This document shows, piece after piece, positions 41,455-55,827 of a stretch of DNA of 64,000 bases. A program made the translations under genes and the position numbers. Numbering within the stretch: the stretch's first letter is position 1; each line of letters begins with the position of its first letter. The notes beneath the pieces are model-generated. The model ran no database searches, was not told the DNA's origin, and saw nothing but the letters and a program-made list of their open reading frames with translations. This DNA comes from Rhodosorus marinus CCMP1338. Taxonomy: Eukaryota; Plantae; Rhodophyta. The stretch spans positions 2,053,291 through 2,117,290 of the forward strand of contig JAMWBK010000008.1 of assembly GCA_029953675.1 (NCBI GenBank), given 5' to 3'.

Positions 41455-44400
41455 TGGTATTACTGGTCTTTATTTGGTCTTTATTGGGCTTTATTGGGTT
41501 TATTAGCATAGCCTGAAGCGCTACGCAAGGCGTGGAAGGGGACTAAGAACTAGGTAGGGAAGCGTGCAAACCCTGGCGCCTATGGCGCGCCTCGGCAAGC
41601 ATGCTGCTCGAATATTTCCACAGAGAGACACTTAAACGCCGCAAAAGTTCCAAGTATTCAACACGATGCTCACTAAAACATTTCCGCAACCACTCCAAAC
41701 CCGACTTCTCCACGTGACGAAAGTTTTCCACAATGAAAGGCTGGAACCGGTGGGAGCGACCCTCAGCGCGCGGCAGACTGGCCATACTCTCAGCATACCG
41801 TCGTTCCTTCACTCGGCGAGGTGCTGAAGCAGCTGCCCCCCGGCGGCGAGCGGCTGCAGTGAGATGGACGCTAGCCACAGGGCATGTTATCGCGAGGTCA
41901 ACATATGTGGAGCGTCTGGCAGCAGCGTTGGAGACAAGAAGATCTGCAATACAGCGAGGCGGCGCCGTGTCCGAGACCGATCTCGGATGTTCCGATTCCA
42001 CCTCCACCGTATGCCCTACCCGAGTCAAGCATTCGCTGAGAATGTATTTGAAGCGAGTGTGACGCCTCGTACGAAGACCTCGCAACAGTCCACATGAACC
42101 TAAGAAGTGGTACCCACAAGCATCTATCCGACTCTCACATCCCTGACAGAAAGACGGCCGATTAGAGTGCCACGGAGCTTGCGGCAAACCCAGGTAGATC
42201 CGTGCAGCGGAGCAGGCAGCGGAGTGAAAGGCATCGAGACGGTGACCCAGTGACGAGGGGAGAGTGGTTAACCACAAGTGCGATAGATTCCCTCCCATGC
42301 CGCGGAGTCGAGCGGTGGTTGGCGGGGTGAGGGGAGAGTTGAGCAAGATTGCGTGAGCAGCACTGTCTTGACCCCAGGTGAGGCTATGTTGAATCACATC
42401 AGTGCGCGAGCTCCACAATCGACTCAGACCCGGGTAATCGGCAACCGGTGACCCGGGGCTAGCTTCCCCCTCGTCGGCGAGTACTCTGTCGATGGGAGAG
42501 TTCTCGACCGCCTCAGTCCTTCCCTACAGCTCCTTCCAGGAGCGAAATTTGGAGCGGCTCTCATCCGGCACGGAGTTGCACTTGCCGAACGCCTGTTGCA
42601 GAGCATCATACAGACTCAAAAGTGGTGGCGGCAGGGTCACCGGGTCTTCGCTCGTCAGTGCTTTAGCCAGAAGGCAGGCACTACGCATCCGAAAACTCAC
42701 CAAAGTGCGAAGCGCGGTAGCCCAGGAGGCGACCGCCGCAGGTGAGCAGACGAGTCCACGGTCGGCCACGCCAAATCCACCTAAGCGCAACGGTAGGGCA
42801 ATCTGGGCACGAATTATGTCCCGGTCAGGAGCAGCATCAACATCCAGCGGTTCATCCAAGAGAGTGCCCCAGTGTTTCAAGGTCAGCTCGTCGGCCTTGG
42901 CGGCGATCGACGAGCCTCAATGTGGTGGAAGGCTTCGTAGCCAGTAATTCAGCCGGGGAACCGGCACAAAAGCGGGAAAGCAGATATACCGATTGTAGCA
43001 TGCTGTCCGGTAGGCGCTCAATGGCGTCGGTGAGCTGCTTATCTCTTGCTAACACTCGTTCGCAAGAGTCTCGGACAAAGTTGTCACTCCCCAAATCGAC
43101 GCCATGGTGCTCGAGGCCTTCACGTTCGCCAATGAGTCGAAGACGAGGGGGCAAAGAGGCCATCGAAACTCCACTCGGGGCGAGAAAACGGCATTTCGTA
43201 GGCTCAACCATCAGGCCTAATCTCTGTGCAATCGCTTCGATCTGGGTCAGCCCAAGAGCCAGGGTCTCAGGGGTGCCTAACAACGTGACGTCGTCGTGAT
43301 AAGCGCAGATACGAATGTCCGGAACCGCAACCGCGAGACGTTGGAGAACGAGCTGCAAGGCACAGGCGTACAGAACAGGCCTACAAGGATCACCTTGTTG
43401 AACGCCAGTGAGTGCGTCAAAAACAGAGCCCGTCGGTGTCAAGTAAGAGAGGCTCCCCCCTCCGTAGATACCGGATAGAAACGGCCACGCCTCCGGGAAT
43501 ACCCTTCTAATCACCTCCAAAGCATGCGTCCGCGAAACTCTGTTAAACGCGTTGCGGAAATCAACCACCAAAACACCCCAATCCGGCCGACTCGCGCGCT
43601 CCCGCTCAATCGCATGAGTTATCAGCTGGACTTTACTGGACTTTACTAGGACTTTACTAGCATAGCCTGAAGCGCTACGCAAGGCGTGAAGATGAACTAA
43701 TAACTAGGGAGGGAAGAATGCAACCCCAGGCGCCGATGGCGCGCCTCGGAAAGCATGTCGCTGGAAAATCGCCAAAGGGAGACACTTAAACGCCTCAAGA
43801 GCGCCAAATATTCAGTAGGATGCTCAGCAAAACATTTCCGCAACCACTCTAAACCCGACTTATCCACGTGACCAAAGCTTTCCACAATGAATGGCTGGAA
43901 CCGGTGAGAGCGACCCTCAGCGCAAGGCAGACTGGCCATGCTCTCAGCATACCGTCGTTCCTTAACTCTTCGAAGGGCTGAAGCCGCGGCCCCCCGGCGG
44001 CGGGCGGCTGCGGTGAGGTGGGCGCTGGCCACGGGGCAAGTAATCGCAAGGTCCACATATGTTGAGCGTCTGGCAGCAGCGTCGGAGACGAGGAGATCGG
44101 CTATACAACGGGGCGGTGCAGAGTCCGAGATTTATCTGGGCAGTTCCGACTCAACCTCAACCGTATGCCCTATCCGAGTCAAAAATTCGCTGAGGATGTA
44201 CTTGAGGCGAGTGTGACGCCTCGTACGGAGACCTCTCAACAGTCCGCAGGAACCCAGGAAGTGGTAGCCACAAGCGTCAATCCGGCTCTCACATCCCTGA
44301 CAGAACGACGGCCGATTAGAGTGCCACGGAGCCAGTGGCAAACCGAGATATATCCGTGCGGCCGAACGGAACTGGAAAGCATCGAGACGATGACTCAATG

Positions 44401-47400
44401 ACGACGGTAGAGTGGTTAACCACAAGTGCGAGAGGTGGCCTCCCATGTTGGCCCCAGGTGAGGCTATGTTGAATCACATCAGTGCGGGAGCTCCACAATC
44501 GGCTCAAACCCGGGTAGTCTGCAACAGGTGAGCCGGGGCTAGCCCCTCCGTCATCGGCAAGAACTCGGTCGAGGGGACAATCCTCAATCGCTTCAGCTCG
44601 TCCCCATAACAGCTCCCTCCAGGAACGAAAGCGGGACCGATTTGCGTCCGGCACGGCGTTGCACCTCCTGAACGCGTGTTGAAGACCATCATAAATTGTC
44701 AAAAGCGGGGGCGGCAGGGTCACTGGATCCTCGTTGGTCAAAGCTCGAGCCAAGAGGCAGGCACTTCGCATCTGGAAGGTCACCAACGTTCGCAGCGCGG
44801 TAGCCCAGGAGGCAACCGCCGCTGGCGAGCATACCAGCCCACGGTCTGCGACGCCGAATCCCCCTAATCGCAACGGTAGAGCGATCTGTGCACGAATCAA
44901 GTCCCTGTCGGGAGCAGCTTCAAGATCGAGGGCTCATCCAAGAGCGTTCCCCAGTGTTGCAGGGTCATTTCGTCGGCTTTAGCCGCGATCCACGAGCCCC
45001 AAGCTGGAGGCAGGCTGCGCAACCAGTAGTTGAGTCTGGGACCGGCACAAAAGCGGGAAAGCAAGCAGGCCGATTGCAGCATGCTGTCTGGTAGGTGCTC
45101 AATGGCGTCGGTGAGTTGCTTGTGCCGTGCCAAAACTCGCTCGCAGGATGCTTGGACAAAGTTTTCAGTCCCCAATCCGACGCCGTGGTGTTCGAACCCT
45201 TCACGTTCGCTGATTAGTCGCAGAGTGGGTGGCAGAGAGGTCAGCGACACGTCCCTCGGGGGCAGAAAGCGACATTTTTCTGTTTCCACAGTCAAACCGA
45301 CGCGACGTGCAATCGCTTCGATCGCGGTCAGCCCCCTAGCCAGGGTGTCAGGGGGTGCCCAGCAGTGTTACGTCATCGTGGTACGCGCAGATTCGAAGAT
45401 CCGAGACCTCAGTCGAAAGACGTAAAAGTACGAGCTGTAGGGCACAGGCATGAAGAAGAGGTCCGCAAGGGTCGCCTTGTTGGACGCCAGTATGTGCTTG
45501 AAAAACAGTGCCCTCCGTTGTCAAGTAGGGGAGGCTCTCCCCTCCGTAAATACCCGATAGAAACGGCCACGCCTTGGGAAACACCCGTCGGAGCACCTCT
45601 AGCGCATGCGTCCGCGACACGCTGTTGAATGCGTTCCGGAAATCAACCACCAAGACTCCCCACTCCGGCCTACTGGCGCGTTCTAGCTCGATCCCATGGG
45701 TGATCAGTTCGCAACCCCCAGAAAATCCCACCCCTACTTGCAAGGGCGCCATAAAAGCTGTGACGCGCTGGCGAAGGCGCTGGCATAGCCACCTCCCGGA
45801 TAACTTCCGTAGGCTCTCCACCATCCCGATCGGCCGGAGACGCGGGTGGGCCGGCTGGTGGTCAGGTTCCGTGAGCAAGCAAAGCTGTGCCTGCCGGAGA
45901 TGTTCCCATGGCGCAGACGCACCCAATACGCCCTGGAACAACTTGTTGAGGATCCTCAGAAGCGCGCTCTGGCCAGGCTGGCTCAGGGCCTGCAATAGCT
46001 CTGTTCTTAGTCCGGAGGGTCCGGGACCGCGTCCCCGACGCGAGGTACGAAGCAAATCCTCCAGGTCAGACTCACTGAGCGTCAGATCGATGCGAAACCT
46101 GGCCAACTCCGGACGGTCCAAGAATACCTCGAATTCAGGGGACAAGTCCACGTCGGACTCAGGGAACAAAGACGACACCGTCTGGGCGAGACTATCATCG
46201 TAGGGGAGGACAGGCGCCTGGCCCTCCAAAACCCGCGCCGCTCGACTTAAATCGCCCACTGCTATCAATTTCTGTACTCGAGCCGGCACGGGCGACACTT
46301 TGCCATGCCGAGTCCGACGGGCGGATGGTGCTGACGACGCCAAATAGCTGCGCTGTAGTACTTCGAAGTCTTCCTTCAAGAACCGGGCCAGTCGGTCTCG
46401 TACTCGCCATCTGCGCTCCGATGTGTGAATGGGGGCCAGAATCAGGCGCGGCATGACCCCCAGAAAAACCCAAATGACTGTGTCCCGAATGTTGCGAGCC
46501 AGGCTCGTGAAGATGAAATCGAGAATGATTCCAGCTACTAGAAGGTCTCCACGAGGGAGGACGACTGGGGGAATGCCCCCACGGAGGGGAAGCGAGCCTC
46601 CTTCCAAAGAAATCCACCGCCGGAGCCAACTCCGAAAACGCGTACGCCAAATGCCCCAGTCTCCGCCCTCCTTCAGGACATAAGACTGTAGATCCATAGG
46701 CTGCGACCTCGCAGCCGTGCCTGGAGCGCTAATCGTGCTTCTTCCCCTTAGACCCGGGGGAGTCGGTCCTCGCTCTCTTACCTCCTATCCGCACCAAAGT
46801 CGTGAGCCGCCCACTCCGCGAGGCTCGCGGAACGGAAACCGCGGGCTTCAGCAAAGTAACCTGGGCGTCCCCCACCGCCATGCCCTCAGTCTGCTCCCCT
46901 GCCTCACCGCTCTCGCTGGAAGTAGTGCTGGAAGCAGAGCCCTCCAAAATCCCCACCCGCTGCAGCTCTGTCTTGTAGCGCGAAGTCAGCACAAGTCGCC
47001 TCTCCAGATCGAAGAAACTGGACACCGCCATGCGCAGGTGACAAGGGCCCGACCGGAAGCGCTCCAACAAGATCCTCTCAAGGCGCTGAATCCGTAGCCA
47101 ATGGATCGCTGCCGCCTTCACGCTGCTCTCACGCTCAGAGAGCCCTGCCGTTTCTCCCGGAGACAGGAAATTGCCCGAGAAACGGTCAAAATCGAAGTGC
47201 AAAACCACCTGCGGGTTGCAGCGCAGCCACCGGGCGCTCTCAGGCCACTGCTCGGTAGGCTTCGCCAGCAAGGCCTCCAGGTACTTGGCGGCGGTTTCGG
47301 AGACCAAAAACAGCACATCGCGGCCCTCATAGTTTGCGAAGAAGAAATCACCCCTGCTGCACCCTAACGATTCCGCAAAAGTGTCCCGGAAATCTCGCAT

Positions 47401-50105
47401 AGACGGAACCTGTCCTCGTGTAGTCTGGGGCCGGACATTTCGCACCCACAGAAATTGGAGAGTGGTCTCCACAGGTCCATCCTGAGGCTCGCGAGATGGT
47501 AGGAAACGGAGCATAGCCGCCGTACGTGTGGCAGTGGTGCCCTTCCGCAAGACTGATGCGTACGAAGCGCCCCCCTTGCGCCGCAGTAGCGGGGAGCTGG
47601 TGACCACCTGAGGGCTGGCCCAAGAGAGGGAAGTCCACAGCTGCAGTCTCCTCCACACCGGTTGCCGCACAGTCACCACCACCATTGCCTCGAGTCCCCG
47701 AGCGCTGAAGCGCGTTTTGGCCCGGCCTGCCGCTCCCCAACGTCGTACTGTCCCGCGCAGAAGCAACAGCCCTCGCCTGTCCCGGGACAGGTTCATGTTG
47801 ATTGACCTGATGTTGACTGCCTTCAGCCAACGCTGCCACTCTGGGGCAATTCAAATTCTCGTCCGAATTTGAATTTGACCTGGCCAGCAATCCCGATTCC
47901 AGCCCACCTAGCTTCTGGGTGAGCTGAGGGAGCACTCCACGATCACTCGCAGCCGTGATCAGGCTGGTGACAGCGGAGATAAGTGCACGCGCCTGGGTGC
48001 CAGAAGCGCCTTCCAAGTCAACCTCGGAAGAAAACGTGCCGCAGCTGAGGCGAACACGGAGTCCCCCACCTGGCAGTGCCTCCTTGGGAGGAGGCTCCGT
48101 CGAGCGCGGAGATATCCCTACCATCCTGAGGGAATGCGCAAAGGAAACGTTGCACCACCAATATGAAACCGCACCGAGAGAATAATCGACCAAACTCAAC
48201 CCAAATAGGAAAGGCCCCGCAACACACCCACCCGGACGACAGAAGTAGTTGCAAATGCAACGACGCCCCGCGGAAAATCGAGGGGAAGGCGTACCAGAGG
48301 AAGCGCTTCCCGTAAACGAACACGCTCGCGACCGAAAAAGAAACAAAACCCCAATCCTCGACAACTACCAAAACGCCCAATACTTGTCAGCTCGCAACCC
48401 CCGGAAAATCCCACCCCGACCTGCAAGGGTGCCATAAAGGCGGTGACCCGCTGGCGAAGGCGCTGGCATAGCCACCTCCCAGCTAACTTCCGTAGACTCT
48501 CGACCGTACCGATCGGCCGGAGACGCGGGTGTGCCGGCTCGTGGTCGGGTTTCGTGAGCAAGCAAAGTTATGCCCGTCGCAGATGGTCCCAAGCGGTAGG
48601 CGCACCCCCTGCACCCTGGAATAGCATATTCAGGAGCTTCACCAGTGCGCTCTGGCCAGGCTTGCTCAAGGCCTGCAGTAGTTCCATTCGGAGCCCGGAG
48701 GGTCCAGGGCAGCGTCCACGCCGGGAGGTCCGGAGCAAATCCTCCAGATCAGAATCACGGAGCGTCAGGTCGATGCGAAACCTGGCCAACTCTGGACGAT
48801 CTAAAAAGGCGTCGAAGTCGGGTAGCATGTCCACGTCGGACGAAGGGAACACGCTGACACAGTCTGGTCGAGACTCTCGTCGTAGGGGAGGACAGGCGCC
48901 TGGCCCTCCAGGACCCGTGCCGCTCGGCTGAGGTCGCCCACTGCTTTCTGTACTCGAGCCGTGACGGGCGAGACTGGTCCAGGCCGAGCCCGACGGACAG
49001 AGGGTTCCGATGACGCCAAGTAGCTTTGCTGCAACACCTCAAATTCCCCCTTCAGGAACATGGCCAGTCGTTCCCGGACGCGCCATCTGCGCGCCGATGT
49101 GTGAGTGGGGGTCAGAATCAGGCGCGGCATGACTCCCAGAAATTGCCACGTGACGGTATCGCGAAAGTTACGTGCCAGACTCGTGAAAATGAAGTCCAGG
49201 ATGGTCCCAGCCACTAAGAGCTCTCCTCGAGGTAGGACGACAGGCGGAATCCTGCCACGGAGGGGTAGGAAACCTCCTTCCATATCAATCCACCGCCGGA
49301 GTCAACTCCGAAAATGCGTCCTCCAGATGCCCCAGTCTCCGCCCTCCTTCAAGACATAAGACTGCAGGTCCATGGGCTGCGATCGCGCAGCCAAACCTGG
49401 GGAACTAATCGTGCTTCTCCCCCTTAGACCCGGGGGAGTCGGTCCTAATCCGTTTGGTGCTTTGCCCTCCTAAGGTTGTCAGACGGCCGCTCCTCGATGC
49501 TCGCAGTATATTGCCTGCTGGGTTAGACGAATCGTTCGGGAGTCTCTCAACCGACATGCCCTCCGGCGCTCCCACTTCGCCACTATCACTGGAACTGGTA
49601 CTAGAGGCAGATCCATCTAACATCCCTAGCCGCTGAAGCGCTGACTTGTAGCCCGAGTTCAGCACGAGGCGCCGCTCCCGATCGAAAATGGTGGAGACGG
49701 CCGCGCGCATGTGGCGTGGACCCGTCCGAAAGCGCTCCAACAAGATCCTCTCGATGCGATGAATGCGCAACCAATGAATAGCTGCCGCCTTCACGCGGCT
49801 GTCCTGCTCCGAAAGCCCTTCAGTCTGCCCTGGGGACAAGAACTGACCGGAGAACCGGTCGAACGCAAAGTGCATGGTGACCTTTGGGTGGCCACTAACC
49901 ATCGTGCACTTTCGGGCCACTGCTCGGTGGGTTTCCCGAGCAACGCTTGAAGGTAAGTGGTGGCGTTCGCTGTGACGAGGAAGTGAACGTCGCGACCCTC
50001 CGTGTTGGCAAAAATAAAATCTTCACGACGACAGCCCAAGGATTCCGCAAAAACGTTCCGAAAATCGCGCAGACTCAGTACTTGGCCCCGGGTTGTCAAC
50101 CCGTC
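41455..50105 (-). mobile_element. Family A' long copy (41455-43627 and 48387-50105), split by family A copy 3
   Basis: The two parts rejoin in frame at GGCEL|ITH. ORF1 C-terminal part is at 49405-50105. Confidence 0.87.
43628..48386 (-). mobile_element. Family A copy 3, full length, with frameshifts and deletions in both ORFs
   Basis: ORF2 pieces at 45348-46697, 44897-45295 and 43697-44446. Flanked by a 6-bp TSD (tcagct at 43622-43627 and 48387-48392). Confidence 0.92.
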
Positions 50106-51650
50106 TGTGCGCAACAAGTTCCCAGAACTGACTCTTGTGGCTGTCCACGAAGACATTTCCTTGGTGGGCGACCTCGAACTGCTGAAAGGCGCTCTGAATT
50201 GGAGTCAAGAGGCTCTACCCAGGACAGGAGCGCATCTACAGGGATCCAAATGCATCCTCTACGCACGAAGGCTCGACACAAAACGACGTATCAACCTCGC
50301 TATTCCGGACATTCACGTGACGCGAGAAGGGACTACGCTATACTCTATTCCAATTGGTACGCGACAATACGCGGAGGCGACCGGCCGGGCAATATAAACA
50401 CGGCATGGCCAGCAGGTGCAAGCTCTTCAACGTCTACCGGAGTGTGACTTACAACGTTAACCTGGCCATTTTCCGTTACTGTGCGGGAACGCGACTTGCA
50501 TACCATACCAGAGGGCCAGCGTATCCACTAGGACGGACCACCGCCAGAGAAGCTGATGGAATCACTCTCTCGGAACTGGAAGGTCTATGTGTAGGTCTGA
50601 GACACCACCAGGATATAACCGAACTAGAGGCGAAAGTAGATGAACAGCAGATTCGACTACCATGCCGATAGGGAGGGCTTGGGTTTGCTATGCGAACCCT
50701 GATCCAACCAGTACGTTTCACGCGGGATGGAAGCAGAGCCTTCAGGAGAATATCACGGCATCGTGCTAACTGAGGCGACTCCTTTTGGACGGTTCTTCGC
50801 ATCCTGGAGGAGATATGCCGGAGCAGATCCACTTCCCGTGGACCACGGACGAACTGCCAGTTCAACTTGTGGCGGCAAGCCAAGCTGTGCGGCTAAGGAT
50901 CTCACCAAGAACGAGTGAACGCATCAAGAGGCTAGCGGAATGGCAGGTATTAGGCGACTCGGTGAGAGGGACAGAAACCGATCCCGGGAGTACACGAGGA
51001 CAGGACGGTCCCATCCAAAAAAACTCCCTCTAGCGAGTGCCACCGTCATGCGTTCGAGCTACTCACTGAGGATGCCAGCATTGAGGATGTAGACCGCGGA
51101 CGAACCCGGTCTGCCTCAGGTTGTGGAGTATGGCTGCGGGACTGCTCCAACGTAGGACCGCGGAAGCTAAGTCGCGACGAGATGATCTGGAGCATGCGAA
51201 TGCTGCTAGGTCTACCGCTGCCAGGTTTAACACGATCGTACCGATGTACGGTGTGTGAACAAACCACACGACTTCAAAGGGGTCCAGTGTTTGCATTATT
51301 TGTCGCACATCATCAGCTATGCGAACTAAGCGTCACGATGAGCTAAACGCGGAGTTGAGCCGGTGGTTGCCTCTGTGGAATTTCACGGACTTGCAAGTGG
51401 AACCGCAGGGGTTCTTTAGGTATTCAGGGATACGTCCTGACATCGTAGGGAACTATTGAAGATTGGAGTTCCTCCGGGTCCGTGCGCGGTTGGGTTAGCG
51501 CGGGGGGGGGATGGCAATAACAAGGCACCGTTATTACCTCGTGGACATAATAAGGAATATAAGCTCGTGTCTAAAATTATACGGAATGCTGGACATGACT
51601 TTGAGCTTTTTCAAGACAGGGAACGTAGTTCGTGGTTTTGAGCAAGACCG
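50106..51650 (+). mobile_element. Decayed family D-like RLE retrotransposon (RT C-terminal part, zinc knuckle, RLE)
   Basis: REGTTLYSIPIGT, LAIFRYCAGTRL, QIRLPCR*GGLGF and RTKRHDELN...RPDIVG; homologous to 60735-61759. Confidence 0.75.
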
Positions 51651-52829
51651 AGATTGCTAGGACGAAACAGTCTAAGCAACCGCACCATTTGAAAGTCTTA
51701 TCATGGTCTATATCAAGCATATGTGGTTGTATGTCAAACTGAGATGGAATCTTCTCAAATCTTATCCATGTCAGGGCAAGCTCTGTCTATGTAGACCTAA
51801 ATTGATCCACCCTCAGTGAGTCTAAGACGGCTGGGTGAGTTGTTTAACCTCAACTCTGTCTTGTCCTAGTAACAGCAGCTGGGGGTCGGGGGAAAGTTTT
51901 AAATTTGGAATTCTCTGGACTTCTATTAAAAGCTTCCGTTCCCAAAGTAGGTTTTTTATACATCCTTGGATAGAAACGCTTGGGACTTGCCACCCAAAAA
52001 TTGACGTTGGATGATTCTGTGCGGCCGCTCCGGTTTTGATGAGTGCACTAACAGAATTATCTGAACCCGGCCTCTATACCAGTGAGAGCGTCAGTTCTCT
52101 TCTTAGCTTGGAACTTGGAATACTGCATGATAAGGCAACAGGATTGAACGCCGCGGCACAGGTTGCGACGTCATCGCATCGATTGACCAGAGTGCTGCCC
52201 GTACAGATTCCATTCGAAAAACCGTTCTTGAAAAGAACATTTTCACGAGAAAAACTCTACCATCATGCAGCGCTTGTCCGCGCTTGTCCGCGCTGCATAT
52301 GATGATCTTTTAGTTCGAAACGTATGTCCAGGTCTGAAGGAGACACCTCGGGACGGTGTCAGCTTTCCAATCTAAACGCTTCCCAAGCACAATATTCTAC
52401 GTAATTCAACAATTTCTTTTCCAAATATGCTCCAATCAAGTTTCCTCTTGTGGAGTGGGGGCGCTGCTTTGTTGTTCACTTAACGAATGAATTTGTTTAA
52501 TCGGAACAAGAAAGAAAAAAAGCCTCTAGAGGAAAAAAAATCGAAGCGCGGCGAAGATCTAGGTTTTTGGATAGCGGCTCCAAGGGGTACCTTGACAAAG
52601 AACAAATTTTTTGTGAAGGTTTGGGTGGGTGGGGGGGGTGGTGTTGGTTTCATGGCGTGTGCATAAGGCGGCCCCCCAAAAATGGGACATCAGCAGTGAA
52701 ATCTTAAGATAGCATTTTCCTGATTTTTTGATGGACTCGTATTGAGTTGCTTTTGCGCACAAAACTTGTTGTTTGGGATTCAAATTCATTCAAAACCATG
52801 TTCCGCCTGAAATTGCAATTGAAATGGAT

Positions 52830-53520
52830 GGACTTACTGGTGTTCGTTTTACTGGTTTTTATTGGTTTTTATTGGTCTTTATTGGTTTTATTGGTCTTGG
52901 TCTTTATTGGTCTTTATTGGCTGAGGCGCTACGCAAGGCGTGAAAGGGAACTAGGAACTAGGTACGGAAGCGTGCAAACCCAGGTGCCGATGGCGCGCCT
53001 CGGCAAGCATGCTGCTCGAATATCGCCACAGAGCATAGCCTGAAGCAACTACGCAAGGCGTGAAAGGGAATTAAGAACTAGGTAGGGAAGCGTGCAAACC
53101 CAGGCGCCGATGTCGCGCCTCGGCAAGCATGCTGCTCGAATATCGCCACATAGAGGCGCTTAAACGCCGCAAAATTTCCAAGTATTCAACAGGATGATCA
53201 GTAAAGCATTTTTTCAGCAACCACTCCAAACCCGACTTCTCCACGTGACCAAAGCTTTCCACAATGAAAGGCTGGAACCGGTGGGAGCGACCCTCAGCGC
53301 GAGGCAGACTGGCCATACTCTCAGCATACCATTGATCTTTATTAGCATAGTCTGAAGCGCTGCGCACGGCGTGAAAGGGAGCTAAAAACTAGGTAGGGAA
53401 GCGTGCAAACCCAGGCGCCGATGTCGCGCCTCGGCAAGCATGCTGCTCGAATATCGCCACAGACCGATACTTAAACCTCGCAAAAGTTCCAAGTATTCAA
53501 CAGGATGCTCAGTAAAGCAT
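52830..53520 (-). mobile_element. Three head-to-tail tiny family A' 3' ends with a (CCAATAAAGA)-like tail
   Basis: 3'UTR core near 52925, 53035 and 53345. Confidence 0.85.
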
Positions 53521-53989
53521 GTCCGGGTTTTTATTAGAATAGCTTAAAAGGGCTAGTGGTTTTACTAACATAGCCTGATGCGCTACGCAACAGGTGAAGG
53601 AAACTGTGGACTGGGGGGAAGAGCATGTAAACCCTGGCGGCGGTGGCGCACCTCGGCGAGCATTTTGCTAGAATACCGCCAGAGAGCGACACTTCAACAC
53701 CGGAGAAGCACAAGATGCTCTTCAGGATGTTCTAGCTTTGGGGGAGTCCATCTTTGGGGGAAGACAACCATGCGGAAAGGTGTGCCGATCTGGCCACAAC
53801 ACAGAACTGGAACTGGACGAGATATTGGTTGGGCGGGGAAAAAGGTCTGGCTCCCTGGACAGGGGGTTCGGGTATGTTTAGAGTGCCCTGGGTAGCTGCA
53901 GAATAAAGGCTACGGAGGTAAGAGATGTGTACTAAATGTCATAGTACCTAATAAAGCCCAGAAAAGCAAGATAGGCTAGGCTAAGGAGA

Positions 53990-54291
53990 TCCCCGAGCGG
54001 GGTAGTGAGCACTTTGCGAACTCCAATCTGAGAACCGATCTCATGGCCATCCACCCTAGAGCTAGACACCTTCCCAATAGCAATGACAACAACGGCCATG
54101 CAACGAATCACGCCTGGCGCTGGAAACTTGCCTACTACAAGGAGGCCCCGGCGACAGGAGATCCAGACGACAAACTCATTCCGATGGCCATCGAATCCTT
54201 CGGAATTCGATGGGTCACCCCGGATTTTCTGCGACAAGGCTTTGGTCACATTCTAACCAATCCGGACGAGGTGAACAACGTGAGATCTTAA
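53990..54291 (+). mobile_element. RLE endonuclease fragment from another retrotransposon family
   Basis: LRTDLMAI...AWRWKLAYYKE...KLIPMAIESFG. Confidence 0.6.
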
Positions 54292-54446
54292 AATCAACGG
54301 AGTACTTTGGGCCGGGAACGTAGAGCTTGCGCGGTCTGCGTGTAGGTCAGTCGGATGAGCCACTGATTTCTTATTTTTTTTTTATCGTAGCTGAAGACCC
54401 TGGGGTGGAGGGTCAATCCCAATCATTTTGCCTTGCTAGTGATAGA

Positions 54447-55816
54447 CGCTCTTGGATGAGCCCCTCGATCTTGAAGCTGCTCCCGACAGGGACTTTATTC
54501 GTGCACAGATCGCTCTACCGTTGCGATTAGGGGGATTCGGCGTCGCAGACCGTGGGCTGGTATGCTCGCCAGCGGCGGTTGCCTCCTGGGCTACCGCGCT
54601 GCGAACGTTGGTGACCTTCCGGATGCGAAGTGCCTGCCTCTTGGCTCGAGCTTTGACCAACGAGGATCCAGTGACCCTGCCGCCCCCGCTTTTGACAATT
54701 TATGATGGTCTTCAACACGCGTTCAGGAGGTGCAACGCCGTGCCGGACGCAAATCGGTCCCGCTTTCGTTCCTGGAGGGAGCTGTTATGGGGACGAGCTG
54801 AAGCGATTGAGGATTGTCCCCTCGACCGAGTTCTTGCCGATGACGGAGAGGCTAGCCCCGGGTCCCCTGTTGCAGACTACCCGGGTTTGAGCCGATTGTG
54901 GAGCTCCCGCACTGATGTGATTCAACATAGCCTCACCTGGGGCCAACACAGTGCCGCTCACACAGTCATGCTCAATTCTCCTCTCACGCCGCCTACCACT
55001 GCCGCTCGTCTCCGCGGCATGGGAGGCAACCTCTCGCACTTGTGGTTAACCACTCTACCGTCGTCATTGAGTCATCGTCTCGATGCTTTCCAGTTCCGTT
55101 CTGCCGCACGGATCTATCTCGGTTTGCCACAGGCTCCGTGGCACTCTAATCGGCCGTCTTTCTGTCAGGGATGTGAGAGCCGGATTGACGCTTGTGGCTA
55201 CCACTTCCTGGGTTCCTGCGGACTGTTGCGAGGTCTCCGTACGAGGCGTCACACTCGCCTCAAGTACATCCTCAGCGAATCTTTGACTCGGATAGGGCAT
55301 ACGGTTGAGGTTGAGTCGGAACTGCCCAGATCCATCTCGGACTCTGCACCGCCCCGTTGTATAGCCGATCTCCTCGTCTCTGACGCTGCTGCCAGACGCT
55401 CAACATATGTGGACCTTGCGATTACCTGCCCCGTGGCCAGCGCCCACCTCACCGCAGCCGCCCGCCGCCGGGGGGCCGCGGCTTCAGCCCTTCGAAGAGT
55501 TAAGGAACGACGGTATGCTGAGAGCATGGCCAGTCTGCCTTGCGCTGAGGGTCGCTCTCACCGGTTCCAGCCATTCATTGTGGAAAGCTTTGGTCACGTG
55601 GATAAGTCGGGTTTAGAGTGGTTGCGGAAATGTTTTGCTGAGCATCCTACTGAATATTTGGCGCTCTTGAGGCGTTTAAGTGTCTCCCTTTGGCGATATT
55701 CCAGCGACATGCTTTCCGAGGCGCGCCATCGGCGCCTGGGGTTGCATGCTTCCCTCCCTAGTTATTAGTTCATCTTCACGCCTTGCGTAGCGCTTCAGGC
55801 TATGCTAGTAAAGTCC
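54447..55816 (+). mobile_element. Family A copy 4, 5'-truncated (ORF 54452-55768)
   Basis: Near-identical to the ORF2 C-terminal part; agtgataga is duplicated on both sides. Confidence 0.92.
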
Positions 55817-55827
55817 AGTGATAGAGA

